64,000 nucleotides of DNA from Camelus dromedarius (GCF_036321535.1 NC_087437.1:1736001-1800000), one strand, 5' to 3'. Shown: positions 51,431 through 64,000, numbered from the stretch's first letter. Made by a program: numbers and translations. Notes: generated from the sequence alone by a model not told the origin.

Positions 51431-54157
51431 AATTATTTCCCACTGTAAATTCAATCATTGGGTAGAAAGGCTCACACTTTAAGCACTTTTAATGTGTATT
51501 ACTAATTTTTTTCCAGAAAGGATAGTAGAAAATATTCACCTAAAGAAATGTACTCTCTTGCCTCGTATCAGTACTGGGTATACTATATAAACTCAGCCTA
51601 TCGTCTAGGTAAAAACAGTGCTCATACAAACACAAACATCTCACTGAAACACTCTGAAAGATAAATTATGTTTTGACAAGAAAGGGCCTACAACTACAAC
51701 TTAATTTGGCTCTAAATACCCTGGTAGTTTTCTCCACCAAAAAGAGAGAGGGCATGGAAACAAACTAACAAAATACAAAATGAATTAACCATCAGACTGA
51801 GAAAAAATATTGAGTCACTGGCTAAAAGTAACATAAAGACAAGGAATTTGTTTTCTGCAAAGAGCAATTTCAACTGCAGTGTCAGGTGCTAGAAAAAATG
51901 GTCTTATTTAATGATGACCTAGAAGAAGAAATGCACAAGGAATTCTCCAGATGAGCCAGAAAGAGAAAGCGCTGGGTGGTGGTAAAGTTCAAGGCTAATA
52001 GATCATGTGACATAGAAAAGCGGAGAGCTTTATCAGAAGAGAGGGGGGCATCAGTATGGACAACTTGCAGGTAACACACTCAAGATAATAATTCAACCTA
52101 CTCCAGCAATGACAGGCTCCGAGCTCTGAATCATGGAAGGTGACATACTCATGGCTCCCCAAGTTGCCCAGGGCTATTTCCTAATGAAATAGGCTCAATA
52201 AGTTCCTGCAGAAAGCATGGAAAAGTGACAAGGGCCATCAGGAAGAGTATTTGAAACACAGAACACCACTTGGTGTGCTCTGTGGTGGAACCATGACATG
52301 TTTCTGCTGCTGCCACTGTGTTGAGTTTGCATAGGGACAGCTCAAGAGGAGACATAATAAATAAAATGGAAATAAGCTGAAATAATTAAGAAGACACAAG
52401 AGACCCATGGAAAGACAGACTAAAAACACTAGTGCTCTACAAAACAGAGGAGTAAATTGGACATAACAAGTTTTCACAGAAAGCTGGACAAGCTCAAATT
52501 ATGGGGCACTCTCATAAGCCTGAAAGTTGTAATTTCCTGACCATCAGAGCAATTGCTGCTATTTTTCCAGAAGGCTTAGGAGTAAGTTTCTTCCAGAAAC
52601 AGCTCTGACTAAACATGCAAGTAGGTTCAGTAAGAGTTTTCATACATTTATGAATGCTACAGGTCACAGAGAAATATCAGGGCTGTTTGCTTATAACCCT
52701 AATCCTCTAAAATGACATAATCACAAGCAAACATTCCAAGAAACAGTCCCTGCTTGTCAACATCAGAAAGCTATTAGCAGGCTGATCTGACCCAACATGG
52801 CATTTCAGAGCTCTTTAAGCAAGTACTTTTTCATGCCCCAAATTATGGGTAATGAAGTCTATTTCAGTTAATGAATTCTTGAGAAAGTAAAGTGCTTTTC
52901 CTTGAATGATCTTGTATCAATTTCTTTTAAAGTAAAAATGTATAAAACTGGATGTATTTCAAATTGTTAACTGTCAGACAATAACTAGATTTCTTCACAA
53001 AAGTCTTCCATGAACTTGCCCAAATCATTGTTTATACAAACCCACAATAAGCCATGTGAAAGGCTATTACACCTTAATTAAAATATTCTCAGAACACTTT
53101 GCAAAGGTGTTGTCATTAGTACACCAGAGAATGAATTCCTTAAGAGGTCACAGAAGCTCGAAAGAGACTTCATTTAGAAATCAGGAGGATGTTTCCATAA
53201 AAAGGTTGACTATTATCTCTTTAATTATTTTTTAAAATATAGAATAGCCCCTTTAAGTAAAATACTCTAAAATTTCTTATTGTGCTTTCAGTGATTAGCC
53301 TGTGGCAAATAAATGTAAAAATCAAGGTTATGGTTGAAAGAATATAGAATCATTGAGCAGGATGGTATGGCACAGGCAGCTTCCACTGAAGGGCTTTGTG
53401 TGTGTGTAAGACAAATTGTGCACAGGTGCACGTATGTATGAACACATATAAATGCATAATTTATGGTCTATATAATATGTACATATATAACATATAATCT
53501 ATATAACTACAGTAAATAGGTGCATATATACAGAGAGAGAATTCATGCACATGCACATATTTTGAATGGACCAAAAAATCAAGAAAATATCTTTTGAGTA
53601 AAAAGTTAAGAACAAAGGAGAGTTCTAAAATTTTCTTACATTTTTTCAACTTAAAGCATAAAAGATGTAACACTAACTAGTTCTCATCTGATGAATTATA
53701 AGTATAAAATAACAATTAGTAATGAAATAATTACACTTGCAGAAAGCCCTTCTAATTATACTACATGAATATTTTCAAAGGTCAAAAATGAAAAATTTTA
53801 GCTAAGTCTTACTCGTAGTAAAGAGTATTTTTCATTAGTTTTGTTTCAATCTTCAAAAAATTGATCAAAATAAGGTGATATATAGCTTTGAGACTGTACT
53901 ATTGTGATTTCTTAATAATACGTTTGTAATTTAAAGTAATCAGTAATGTGGGGCTTATGCACACATTTCAAAGGATGCAATTTTTGCCCTCCAGAATCTT
54001 ACCCATCCTAGGGATGCCTCTCCTCCTGAATTAAATTTAGATGCAAGATAAAATAACAAACTTTCTTTTTTTCTTAAAATGCATAAGTCTTTCTTCCTAT
54101 GGGGCTATTTCTCAAGATGGTCCCAAGAGTTCAGAGTCAGCTCTGAGTCCAAGATGG

Positions 54158-54242
54158 GCTCAACTTCCCAGGGCTGTTTGGCAACACAGCAGAACAAGAA
54201 GTCACTGCACCTCCAGGTCCGGCCTCCTCCTGGCTGAGTCCA
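54158..54242. repeat. 85-bp element, copy 2 (paired with 50972-51056)
   Basis: Gapless hand alignment to 50972-51056, 68/85 identical. Confidence 0.85.
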
Positions 54243-54484
54243 GCCTGCACCTTCCCTCACCTGCCCTGTCGGCCCCTGGATACACCAGTGATGTCAAGGG
54301 GACAACAGGGTTAAAAGTACTGTCCATGCCTGGTGACCAGTGGTCACGCAACTTCACCTTCAGTGGTGCAAATGGCCTAAGGGTTATTGTTCTAATTAGT
54401 ATTAGAAATGTTTCCTTTGCTCTTACTACACATGAAATACATGCTTCTGTGTGCAGACATTAAGAGATAAATGTAAATAAAGTG

Positions 54485-54900
54485 GGCCAGAGACAGCTAC
54501 TTATCCAGCCCAGTATGCCTTCTCCCATTTCTCTTTGGTTATACAGCTCCTGACTTTCACTGTGTCTTGTTCCATGGGCCTAATGTTCAGCCAATGAGAA
54601 ATAGTGTCAGTACTGCACAGCATCGTCCAGACACACCCTTAGTCAGAAGCTGAGCCTATGCCACTGGCCCTGTTTTCCTGGGCCCTCCTCCCCCTGGAAT
54701 TCTGAAACACAGGACAGTTGGATGACTGCATCCATCCAGGACAACTCGGACATGCTATGGGTGGCAGAGGTGAGTCACATGGAGTCCAAATCCCACCACC
54801 CCAGCCTTGGACTATCTACTTCTCAAAATGTAGGAAAAAATTAACCTCTCTCTTGTTTAAGCCACATGGATTTTCTACTGAAAGCAATCAAAGCTAATCT
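54485..54900 (+). mobile_element. Old MLT1-type LTR
   Basis: cagccaatgagaa...cagccttggactatctacttc...aacctctctcttgtttaagccac. Confidence 0.6.
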
Positions 54901-55259
54901 ACCTCATCTGTAAAATTTCTACAAACATATTTGTGAATTTTAACCATGTATTTTCCTTGTTTCATGAACAGAAAATACACGTTAACACATAAAAACATTC
55001 CCAGGAAACAACAGATTATACAACAGATTCAACTTATAAACTGCAGAAATGTCAATCATAAATCTCTTGCAGAAAAAAAAAATCACACTTGGTGAAAACA
55101 TACAAACTCATCAGACAGTAAGTCTGCATACATTTCCTCTAGAATGCTGATAACCTACCTTGTCCTTCTGCTCTTTTCCTTCTTACTTCTAAAATACTAA
55201 TACTTTCCTTATATTCTCCACCATAATATTCTCTTTTAGCCATGTGAGTTTTAAGCCTT

Positions 55260-56580
55260 CATTAAGAGACAGTCAGCATGACAAAGATTTAAATAGAGAT
55301 TTGCTACATATAGGAAGACTGGAAAGGAAAACTGTAAGTGCCAAATTGATTTATAAGGTTAACAAAATTCCAAACAAAACCTCAAAACTAAGGGAAAATG
55401 TAGATGCAAACATTTATTAACTTTCTAGGTGATGTTTCTATGTTTCAAGGAAATAGAAGAAATCATAGAAGAAATAGATTTATCCATTCAGACTATATTT
55501 TTTAAATTCAAAATTTGCGATCAAAGCCAACTTAAAATTAAAAAGCAAACCACAAACCTGGACAAAATATTTGTAATGAATATGATACAATATAGATAAA
55601 TTAATTCCCTTATGGATAAAGAGTTCACAGCAAGTTAATGACAATTTAAGGACACGAAAAGATAAGGCACTGAACAACAAACACAAATGGCTAATACATA
55701 TATGAATCACTTCTCATTAACTTTGAGAGCTAAGCACACCAGAACAAGAAGCCATGTCTCCACCATAAAAGTCAGTGGGATTTTCAGAACAGGAACCTGA
55801 CAGTAGAGAAGACCAAGGACTGCAAGCTGATCCAGTGCCTTCTTGCCAAGCAAAGCAGTACAGCTAAGGGGCCCTGAAGGAGACAGATCCCCTGGGTTTG
55901 AGTCCTGGCTCAGCATCTACCAACTTTCTGGGCTTCAGTTTCTCCAGCGAGAAAGCAGGAGAGTCACAGGTCCTCCTCAACAGGGTCATTGAGAGGATAC
56001 AATGAGATAAAACATCAGAAGGGCCAAGAATAAGAGCTCTGTGTTAACTGCTATTATTTTTGTTAGTATAACTACTGGAAAGCAACCTCAGAACATGTAT
56101 AAAAACCCTCAAAATGTTTCTACTCTCCAAAACAGCTGCTTAATTTCTGGGCATGCACTCTCAGGAAATAATACAGAATACAAAAAAAAAAAAAGTTTTT
56201 ATGCACTTATGCACAATTATTTGAATGGCAATGCTATTTATAATTTTTAAAAGATAAAGATAACTAAAATTTCTAAGAATAGGTGACTGTTAAATCGCAT
56301 TACAATAACAGAGCTCTTACAATGAACATGACGCATTTTTAACAAAACAGGAAAAGCTTTTATTGTGATGTTAAGTGGGAAAAGAAAAGTCACAAAATTA
56401 TATTTACCCCAAATCTCAACTATTCATACAAATAAACACAGAAATAAAAAGATGGGGGAAAAAAATAACATTAAGAATGGCTGTCTCAGAATGGTAGAAT
56501 TCTGGTTGATTTTCTGTTTTTATTTTTTACTTCTTTAAACTTCTTATGCTTTATTTTTTTTCTAGAATTATTTTAAAATA
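55260..56580 (+). mobile_element. L1ME ORF2/3' fragments interrupted by a MIR (about 55860-56065)
   Basis: aaattgatttataaggttaacaaaattccaa; caaacctggacaaaatatttgtaa; MIR ctgggtttgagtcctggctcagc...tctgggcttcagtttctcc. Confidence 0.7.
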
Positions 56581-57199
56581 AATAATTACCAGGAAAAAAA
56601 TAAATTAGAGGGAATTCCATAACATTAAGAAGACAAGAATAACTGCTGAATAAACACGTCAAGAAACCATTTAACAGAGGCTGACAATTTGATTAGCAGA
56701 TTTTACTTGTTAATGAAATATCCATTAAACAGGAAAATTTTAATGTAAAGTACTAATGTAAGTAAAATGACCTAAGTAATCTACTTATTGAACTTCAAAT
56801 AATTTAAACTTTAAAGAATTGAAGTTATTTTTGAACTAGAGCTTCATTTAAAATCTTGAGCCCTGATACCAAATGGAAACTCTCAGAACATATAAATAGT
56901 TAAGATATCCTCACTCTGAGAATGATAATGAGAAGTGAGAATAATCTAAATATAGTTTTCAGAGACTACTAAATTATGTTACAAGTGCCCATAAACGGGA
57001 GAAATAAAGCTCAAATCACTTTATTAAATTAGCCACAGCCTGTGGTGAACATCAGTAGAAACAAGTATGATCGGGGCTGGTCCTAGACTCCATTCCTCGG
57101 ACTATGCACACAGCACGGAGCCCTGCTGGCTCCGACCCCACAAGCATCCCTGCCAGCCTGGCCCAGCGCATCTTCTGCCTGGTCACCGCCATCAGCCCA

Positions 57200-57772
57200 G
57201 CCCTGGCCCTGGCTTCCACCCTCACCTGTACCTCCAGCCAGCAGTCAGGGCTGTGTTCCGTGGGATCCTGCCACCTCCTGTCTCACACAGAGGAAGAAAC
57301 AAAAACCCTTCTGAGGGCACCAATGCCCAAGCCCCTGCTATCTCAGGCTCACCTTCCTTCTAGTGACCTGTGGTCTCCGGCTGCTCACCAAAGCATGCTG
57401 ACCATCCTCTACCCCTGGGCCCTGCGTCTGCCATCACCAGAACACCCTTTCCTGATGTAAGTGCACTGTCCACCCCCTCACTTCTCTCCAGTCTCTGCTC
57501 AGATGTCACCATTTCCAAAAAACCACTCGCTCAGTCCCTCAAGCCCACCTCTCACCCCTGCTCCTTCAGGCCTCATATCATTTACCACCTTACACCACAT
57601 ACACGGTTTACCCACTCACTTATTTACTCTTCATCCCTGGTGAGTGCTGCCGCTAAATAAATGTCAGTAAGGGCAGGCATTTTTGTCCATTTTGTTCCCT
57701 GATGCCTCCCAAGCGTCTAGAGTTTGAGCTCCACATAGTACATGCTAAATAAATGTGTTAAATAAATGAAAA
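57200..57772 (+). mobile_element. L2 3' end
   Basis: tctctgctcagatgtcacc...agggcaggcatttttgtccattttgttc...aataaatgtgttaaataaatgaa. Confidence 0.8.
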
Positions 57773-57870
57773 AGTGGTACATTCATTGTGGTATACAAGC
57801 ATACCATGGAAAATCTGCCTAAAAATAAATTTAGAATGCTCGCTTCTCTTTTAGGATCAGTGACACTTAC

Positions 57871-57920
57871 TGTCTGTACTGCCAAAGGTGACTATTACCA
57901 GACATCGGAAACTATCCTCT
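57871..57920 (-). other. Candidate 50-nt exon (xEDSFRCLVIVTFGSTD in its only fully open frame)
   Basis: Strong acceptor gtatttctctccacag| and donor aca|gtaagt. Confidence 0.27.
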
Positions 57921-58212
57921 CTGTGGAGAGAAATACACACCGGAGTATCTAAAATGAACATCTGGTAAAAGAGATGGAGACATTCCTTCTCCAAAGCCAG
58001 CCACTGATAGTCCTTCATTTTTTCACTTAATCCTCCATCTGTTAAATTAATCCTTTCCTAAAAGCAAAATATCAGACTATTAGTATCCAGTTTTAATCCT
58101 GGATTGCATGATGTAAACAATCGCACACTGTGTGGCCAACAAGCACAGTGAAGTAAAAACTTCAAGCAAACAACACCTGCCCAGGACACTTAGGGTGCCA
58201 CGGGATCTTCCG

Positions 58213-58230
58213 TGCCCGCAGATGGCAGTG
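58213..58230 (+). promoter_or_regulatory. Candidate CTCF site
   Basis: tgcccgcagatggcagtg matches the CC-R-S-Y-AG-R-K-GGC-R core with one mismatch; locally CpG-containing. Confidence 0.4.
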
Positions 58231-59224
58231 TCCAGGCACCGTTTCCCCACGAAGTGGTACCCTCCTCAACCCGCGGGTTTCCTCATCACCTCACACAGCT
58301 TCCTCTCTCCCCTCAGTGACTGGCAGCACATAGCGGTTTCAAGCTGCATTAAAGAACACCCCCCAGGCCAAGCACTGTGAAAACACTGTGAGATCTACTT
58401 CTGATAAGGCCATCTCCTGGTAAGGCTGGCAGCACAAGACATGCCTGAGCCCCCACCAGTCTCCATCTCGGGTTGTTTCAACCATGGCTGCCCCTCATGG
58501 CCCCCTGGGGAGCTCGGAGAAGCCCTGGAGGTCCTGATCTTCACACGCAGCCTGGGTGGAGAACCACCGATTTAACTCAGCCCACTCTCTAAACTTTAGG
58601 CTCCACGTGCTCATTACCTAGGCGTATTTGAGGGCTCTCTACCTGTCCTGCTCCTTTCATTTCAGGGATCTTGCCCAGCGCCGGTGGAAGAGAACAACCG
58701 TCCTGTCTGGCAGTGGCACAGGAGTCTGTGCACGCCCTTAAACGGAGGGTCAGAGGGAGGAGGCAGGCGTGACCTGGGGGAAGAGACTCGGAAACACATC
58801 AACTCTGCCACTGGAGGAACCCCGAGGTCACTCAGCTGACCTGCTCATAGCAGTGGATTGTAAAACGGAGGTGACAGAATAACCCCCAACACTGTGGTTT
58901 TAAGAATTCTCTTAATAAACCCTTAATTAGCAATGATTGTGCGCCAGGCACTCTGCAGTGCTTTACAGATTACCATTCCTATTTTCACTTGCCTGAGGTC
59001 ACATCTTGGCCAAGCTGGGATTCAGACCCAAGCAGCACTGGCCCCAGGGTCACCTGAGAAGCTCCCATCACTATCACTGGAAATACAGCTCAGTTAGGAA
59101 AGCCCGAGGATCCATCCCCAGGCACCTGCTGCAAGGCCGGCACCCCAGGGATCGAGTCACTGGACACACTTCTATTGTCTAATACGACTTAATCTTCCTC
59201 CATACTCTGCTCCTTTAGGATGGA

Positions 59225-59287
59225 CTGTGTGTGTGTGTGTGTGCACATCTCTCACAAGCACACACACGTGCACACACACACACACAG
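59225..59287. repeat. Opposed (TG)9 / (CA)8 microsatellites
   Basis: Seen directly. Confidence 0.9.
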
Positions 59288-59479
59288 AATTCATTCCTTA
59301 GGCTACCATAAAATATGGAATTCATCATGGCTCCCTGCCTGCTAGGGCCGCTATCACTGCCACAGTTATTACTAGAACGTTCTATTTACTAAAACATTTT
59401 AGATACATTTATTCATTAAAAGCAAAAGAATAAACTACATGCCACATTCAATAAAAGAAATAATCACTTTGTATAAATC

Positions 59480-60490
59480 TTATTTCTTCATTTGTTCACT
59501 GAACATATACCTACTAAGTACCTCATTACAGAATCAGCTCCTGCCACCAAAGAAATTACTTACAACCTAATGAAGGAAACAAACAAGTTTGGGGTAAGGC
59601 CAACTCAACACAAGACAATTTCCATACAAAGGCTCTACACATTAAGATAGAAAAAGTACAGAATGCTTTGGAGAATTAGGAAAGGATACTTGGAATTGGA
59701 TATCTAAGTTACAATCTCAAGAATGATAATATCAGAGCAAGAGTAATGACTAGTCCAATCTGGGGTATACTGGGTCTGAACGTCTGATGGACAGGAAAGT
59801 CAAGCAGCCAGCTGTCTGCATGAATCTGAAGCTCAGATGAAAGTGTGGCCAGGAAAAATAACATTGGAAAATACCAGCTTCTGGTTGCTAATTCAAGTTA
59901 TGGAAGTATGTGAGATTGTCGAGGAGGTATATGCAGAATTAGACAAGACAAAAAAACATGGACAATACTCCAACAATCACCAGTATTTTATGCCTAATAA
60001 GAGAAAAGGGTACCAGACAAGAAATGGACAGCCAGAAAGGAAAGAAGAAAACAGAAACTTATGTTGCCAAAAAAAAAAAAAAAAAAGGAAAAAATAATTT
60101 CCAGGTGTCAAGTGTCAGATGTCACCAGAAATCAAGTGAGATCAGTATGGAGACAGTCCAGTGATACATACAATAGAGAAACTATGAGTAACCCTGACAA
60201 ATGCTATCGCAGGAGAACTACTAGGTGGAAGCAAGCATGAAATAGGCTGAGAATTAAGCAAGACAGCAGATCCAGATATGCCTGTTTAAGACAAGGGGAG
60301 ATTAAAGCATATTTAAATGCTAATTTGAGGACATGAGCACTGTACCAGAAGTAGAAAATACAGGAGAAAGGGAGGGATCATCTATTCGATAAAACACTCA
60401 GCAAATATTTATTAAGCACTTATATATCAGGCTTTATCCTAGATGCAATGATACAGCAGACTGGAGAAAGTCCCTGCATTAATTAAGGAG
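59480..60490 (-). mobile_element. L2 fragments
   Basis: catttgttcactgaacatatacctactaag; aagctcagatgaaagtgtggcc; cactcagcaaatatttattaagcact. Confidence 0.65.
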
Positions 60491-60529
60491 ACAAAATATT
60501 ATCAAGTTAAATAATAATAACAAAAAGAC

Positions 60530-62380
60530 AGCTGAACACTGTGAAGTACCTAGCATTGGACCAGTCTTCCTAGAGAAGAACCTAGAAAACAGAACAAAAT
60601 ATGAGAGATGACTATGATGCCTGAGAAAAAGGAGGAAATGGAGGCGAGCCCTATAGTCACCTTGGGTTTCTGCCTGGAGGCATTTATGGGACCATCATGT
60701 GGGGGGATGGGAGCCCAAACAGGCATGATGGTCTGGGCAGTTGAGGAGACAGAGATCATAGGAATCTACTGGGAAGAACACTAAGAAGGAGAAGTTCCAC
60801 AGAGAAAGAGGTCTAGAACTCTACACAGCATCCCCTCGACTCTGTCTGAATCCTGAATTGTGAGATGTGTAACGTGAGGTTTCTAGAGGCACAGCAAAAA
60901 ACAGAAACAACTGGAGAGGAGAAAGCTGGAGAATTACTGGAGCACACAGGGTTGGAAGACATCAGAGACCCACTGGAACCTCCTTAATCACCAGAGCATT
61001 AAGTAGTAGACCTTTGAAGACTAGGAATTAGAATTTGGGCCAAGACACCACTACAGTAAAGAACACTATTCAATCAAAACTCAAAAGCCAGACTTGAAGA
61101 GGTAAAGTTGATACACAGGTAATTTAGCTTGCCACCAGAAGAATAATAAATGCTTTTAAAGGAAAATGTAACTTAACCAGAAGAAAAGTCAAACAGCAAT
61201 GACAGAGATGATGAACTTAACAGACAAGGTCTTGAAATGAACTCATAACTATATTTGAGGATTTAAAGGAAAATAAAAAACCTAATGAATATAGATTAAA
61301 AATACAGGGAAAGATCTAGAGTTGAAAAATACAATAACTGAAATGAAAAAGTGACTAAATGTGCTTAAAAGCACATAAACAGGGGCAGAAAAGAAGAGTG
61401 AATTTGAAGGCAGGACCATAGAAACTGTACAGACTAAAGCATGGGGAGAAAAAGCCTGAATGATAAAAAAAATAGTCTGCATAATTAGGGAAATCATCAA
61501 GCAATATTACTCTGCATGACACTGGAGTCCTGGAAGAAGGTGAAATATTTAAAGACAAAATGTTTTTAACAAATTAGTTAAAAACATAAATTCATATATC
61601 CAAAAGTCCTATAAGCCCCAAACAGAGTAAAAACCAAGAAAATATACCAAGGAACATCATCATTTAATTCCTGAAAACTAGTGACAAGAAGAAACTCTTA
61701 CAAAGCAGCAGAGGAACAATAGAGAAAATAGATGAGAGCTATTACACACTTTTCATAAGAAACAATGCAAGTCAGAAGACAATGGAAGAACACACTTATC
61801 TTTCAGAAAAAAATAAAAGTATCATCTTGGGATTCTAAATCTAATGAAAATGTCATTCAAAACTAGAACATTGTTTCTCTGCCAAGAAAAAAAAAATGCT
61901 AAGAGAATTTGTTTTCAAAAGACCTGAACTACAAGGAAAGCTAAAAGAAATTCTTCAAGTAAAAGAAAAATGTTATAAATAAAATAAAAACTTGCAACTA
62001 CAAAAAGCAATAAAAAGCATTCTAAATGATAAATATGGGTAAATATAAGTTGATTTTTTCTTATATTTCTTTAAAATATAATTGAGAGTTAAAAGCAAAA
62101 TTAAAAATGATTGTAGAGCTTATACATATGTAAAAAACATGGGATGGTAATAATAGCATAAAGGGTAGGAAGAAGGAAATAAAAATATACTGCTTTAGTG
62201 TATTATCTTTTACATGAAAGGATATACTATTTAAAGATAGACAATAAAGTAAATATGTGTATTGTAAACCTGAGAGCAAAACTTAAAGTGCTTTAATTAA
62301 TAAGGCAAAAAAGAACAGAGCAGGTTACAGTTCAAAATTCTGAATCCAAAAGAAGTTAAGGAAAAAGGAAAATTTCTATT
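60530..62380 (+). mobile_element. Decayed L1M 5'UTR/ORF1 region
   Basis: aaatacaataactgaaatgaaaa...gtgaatttgaagg; aataccaagg-like aatataccaaggaacatcat; gaaacaatgcaagtcagaagacaatgga; agacctgaactacaaggaaagctaaaagaaattcttca. Confidence 0.85.
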
Positions 62381-62659
62381 TTGTTCTTTTGAAGTACATA
62401 CAATCTGTATTTTTAAAAGACAATTACTCTAATAGTCCAAAGTATTACCATATAGAAAAAGAACAAAGTGAAACATCTAGAGTTATATCATCCCTTGAAA
62501 TGTTATATTTTTTACTTGTTTGTTTATATTTATTTACTTATGTTATTACACAAGGCATATAAGAAGTGCTCAATGCTCAATAAATACTAGCTGAATGAAT
62601 AAATCAAATGCTTATAAATGGTAGCTCATGCTCTAAATATTTACTTCTTATTATTTTAT

Positions 62660-62870
62660 TTCTTAAAGCAGTACAATCCATTTTCCAAACAAAATCTTAT
62701 GTGGAACTACAATCTATATAATGGATAAAAGAAGAAGGACTCTGTTAGAGGTGGGAAGGTAGCCTGCGGCACCTGAGGCCCCTGTCACTTGTCTCCCTCT
62801 CACCTGTGGCAGCTCCAATCACATTTCCATGAAACAAAAATGGTCCACAAACCACAATCCAAAACCTTTT
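62660..62870. mobile_element. hAT-Charlie MITE fossil (MER117-like)
   Basis: ccaaacaaaatcttatgtggaactacaatctatataatggataaaag. Confidence 0.55.
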
Positions 62871-62914
62871 ATATCATTTTACTGACAACTATGTAATAGT
62901 CGGGTTTCTTAAAA

Positions 62915-64000
62915 GTTTTATTGACATATGTCATATACCATAAAATTTAACTATTTAAAGGGGACAATTTAATGGATTTTAGTAAATTCTCAGAGTTGTG
63001 TCACTATGATAACCTAATTTTAGAATAATCCATCACGCCTAAGAGAAATTTCATTTCCATTAGCAATTAATTCCCATTCCCCAACTCACTCCCAGCCTTA
63101 GGCAACTACTAATATTTCTCTCCATAAAGATTTGCTTGTTCTGGACCTGTTATATAGGTGGAATCAAACAATAAGTGGTCTTTGTGCCTGCACTCTTCAC
63201 TTAGAATAATGTTTTCAAGGTTCTTCCATGTTTCATTCATTGTTACTGCTGAGTAATATTCAAATGTATGGATATACCACATTTCATTTACCAGTTCATT
63301 AGCTCATGGACATTTGGATTGATTCCACTTTGGGGCCATTTTGAATAATGCTTCTAGGAACAAGTGTTGTCACATTTTTTAAATGGATGTACATTTTTTT
63401 ACTTTTATTGGGTACATGTCTAAGAGTGCAATTGCTGGGTTATATGGTAACTGTATCTTTGACATTTTGAAGAACTGCCAAACTGCTTTCCAAAGTGACT
63501 GCCCCATTTTACATTCCCATGAGCAATGCATGAGATTGTTTTTCTTTTGTTTCTTGTGCTTTTAGTGTAATATTTAAGACACTAATACATAACCCAAGGC
63601 CTCAAGATTTACCCCTATGTTTTCTTCTAAAAGTTTTATAGCTTTAGATATAAAAACATTTGAGATCATCTTTATACAGGTATGAGGTAGGGGTCCAAGT
63701 ATTCTTTGAACATGGATATCTAGCTACCTCAGCACAATCTGCTGAAAAGACTTTTTCTCCATTTAATTGTCTTTGCACTTTGGTAAAATCAGTTGACTAT
63801 AACTGTAAGAGCTTATTTCTGGACTTTCAATTTTATTCCATTGATCTATATGACTTTCTTTATGCCAATACCACACTCTCTTGATCACTGCAGCTTTGAA
63901 GTGTTTGAAATTTGAAAGTGTAATCCTCCTACTTTTATTTTCTTTTTCAATATTATTCTAGATCCCTTGTATTTCTATATGAGTTAAGGATCAGTCTGTC
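62915..64000 (-). mobile_element. L1MB-type 3' end plus ORF2 C-terminal region, running off the window
   Basis: catataccataaaatttaactatttaaag...aggcaactactaat...aactgccaaactgctttccaaagtg...cttgatcactgcagcttt. Confidence 0.92.

Noticed and set aside
1..64000. The 60-172 aa ORFs in the supplied track as genes
   Set aside because: They overlap in several frames, often lie in repeats, have low-complexity or atypical composition and show no recognisable domain. This is the expected background in mammalian DNA.
1..64000. tRNA, snRNA, rRNA, miRNA genes, CRISPR arrays or prokaryote-type systems
   Set aside because: No recognisable RNA-gene sequence or regularly spaced repeat array was seen, and the DNA is clearly mammalian.

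Overview
Placental-mammal genomic DNA, non-coding in character and rich in old interspersed repeats (L1M, L2, MIR, MaLR/MLT1 and ERV1 LTRs, hAT-Charlie fossils). I recognised no young lineage-specific SINE (Alu, B1/B2, Bov-tA/Bov-A2, PRE, Can-SINE). None of the ORFs in the track resembles a protein I recognise. By eye, unique sequence is A-rich on the + strand and the best splice signals are on the - strand, so the window is probably intronic sequence of a large minus-strand gene that I could not identify. Several short minus-strand exon candidates can be chained in phase, but the peptide is unrecognised and the chain may be overfitted. I found no RNA gene, CRISPR array or intact transposon, and no clearly new biological system. 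The best leads are candidate microexons and a recursive-splice-type motif, an 85-bp diverged repeat pair, solo LTRs, and TF-motif clusters. Repeat boundaries are approximate and families were assigned from memory of consensus sequences, not by a search.
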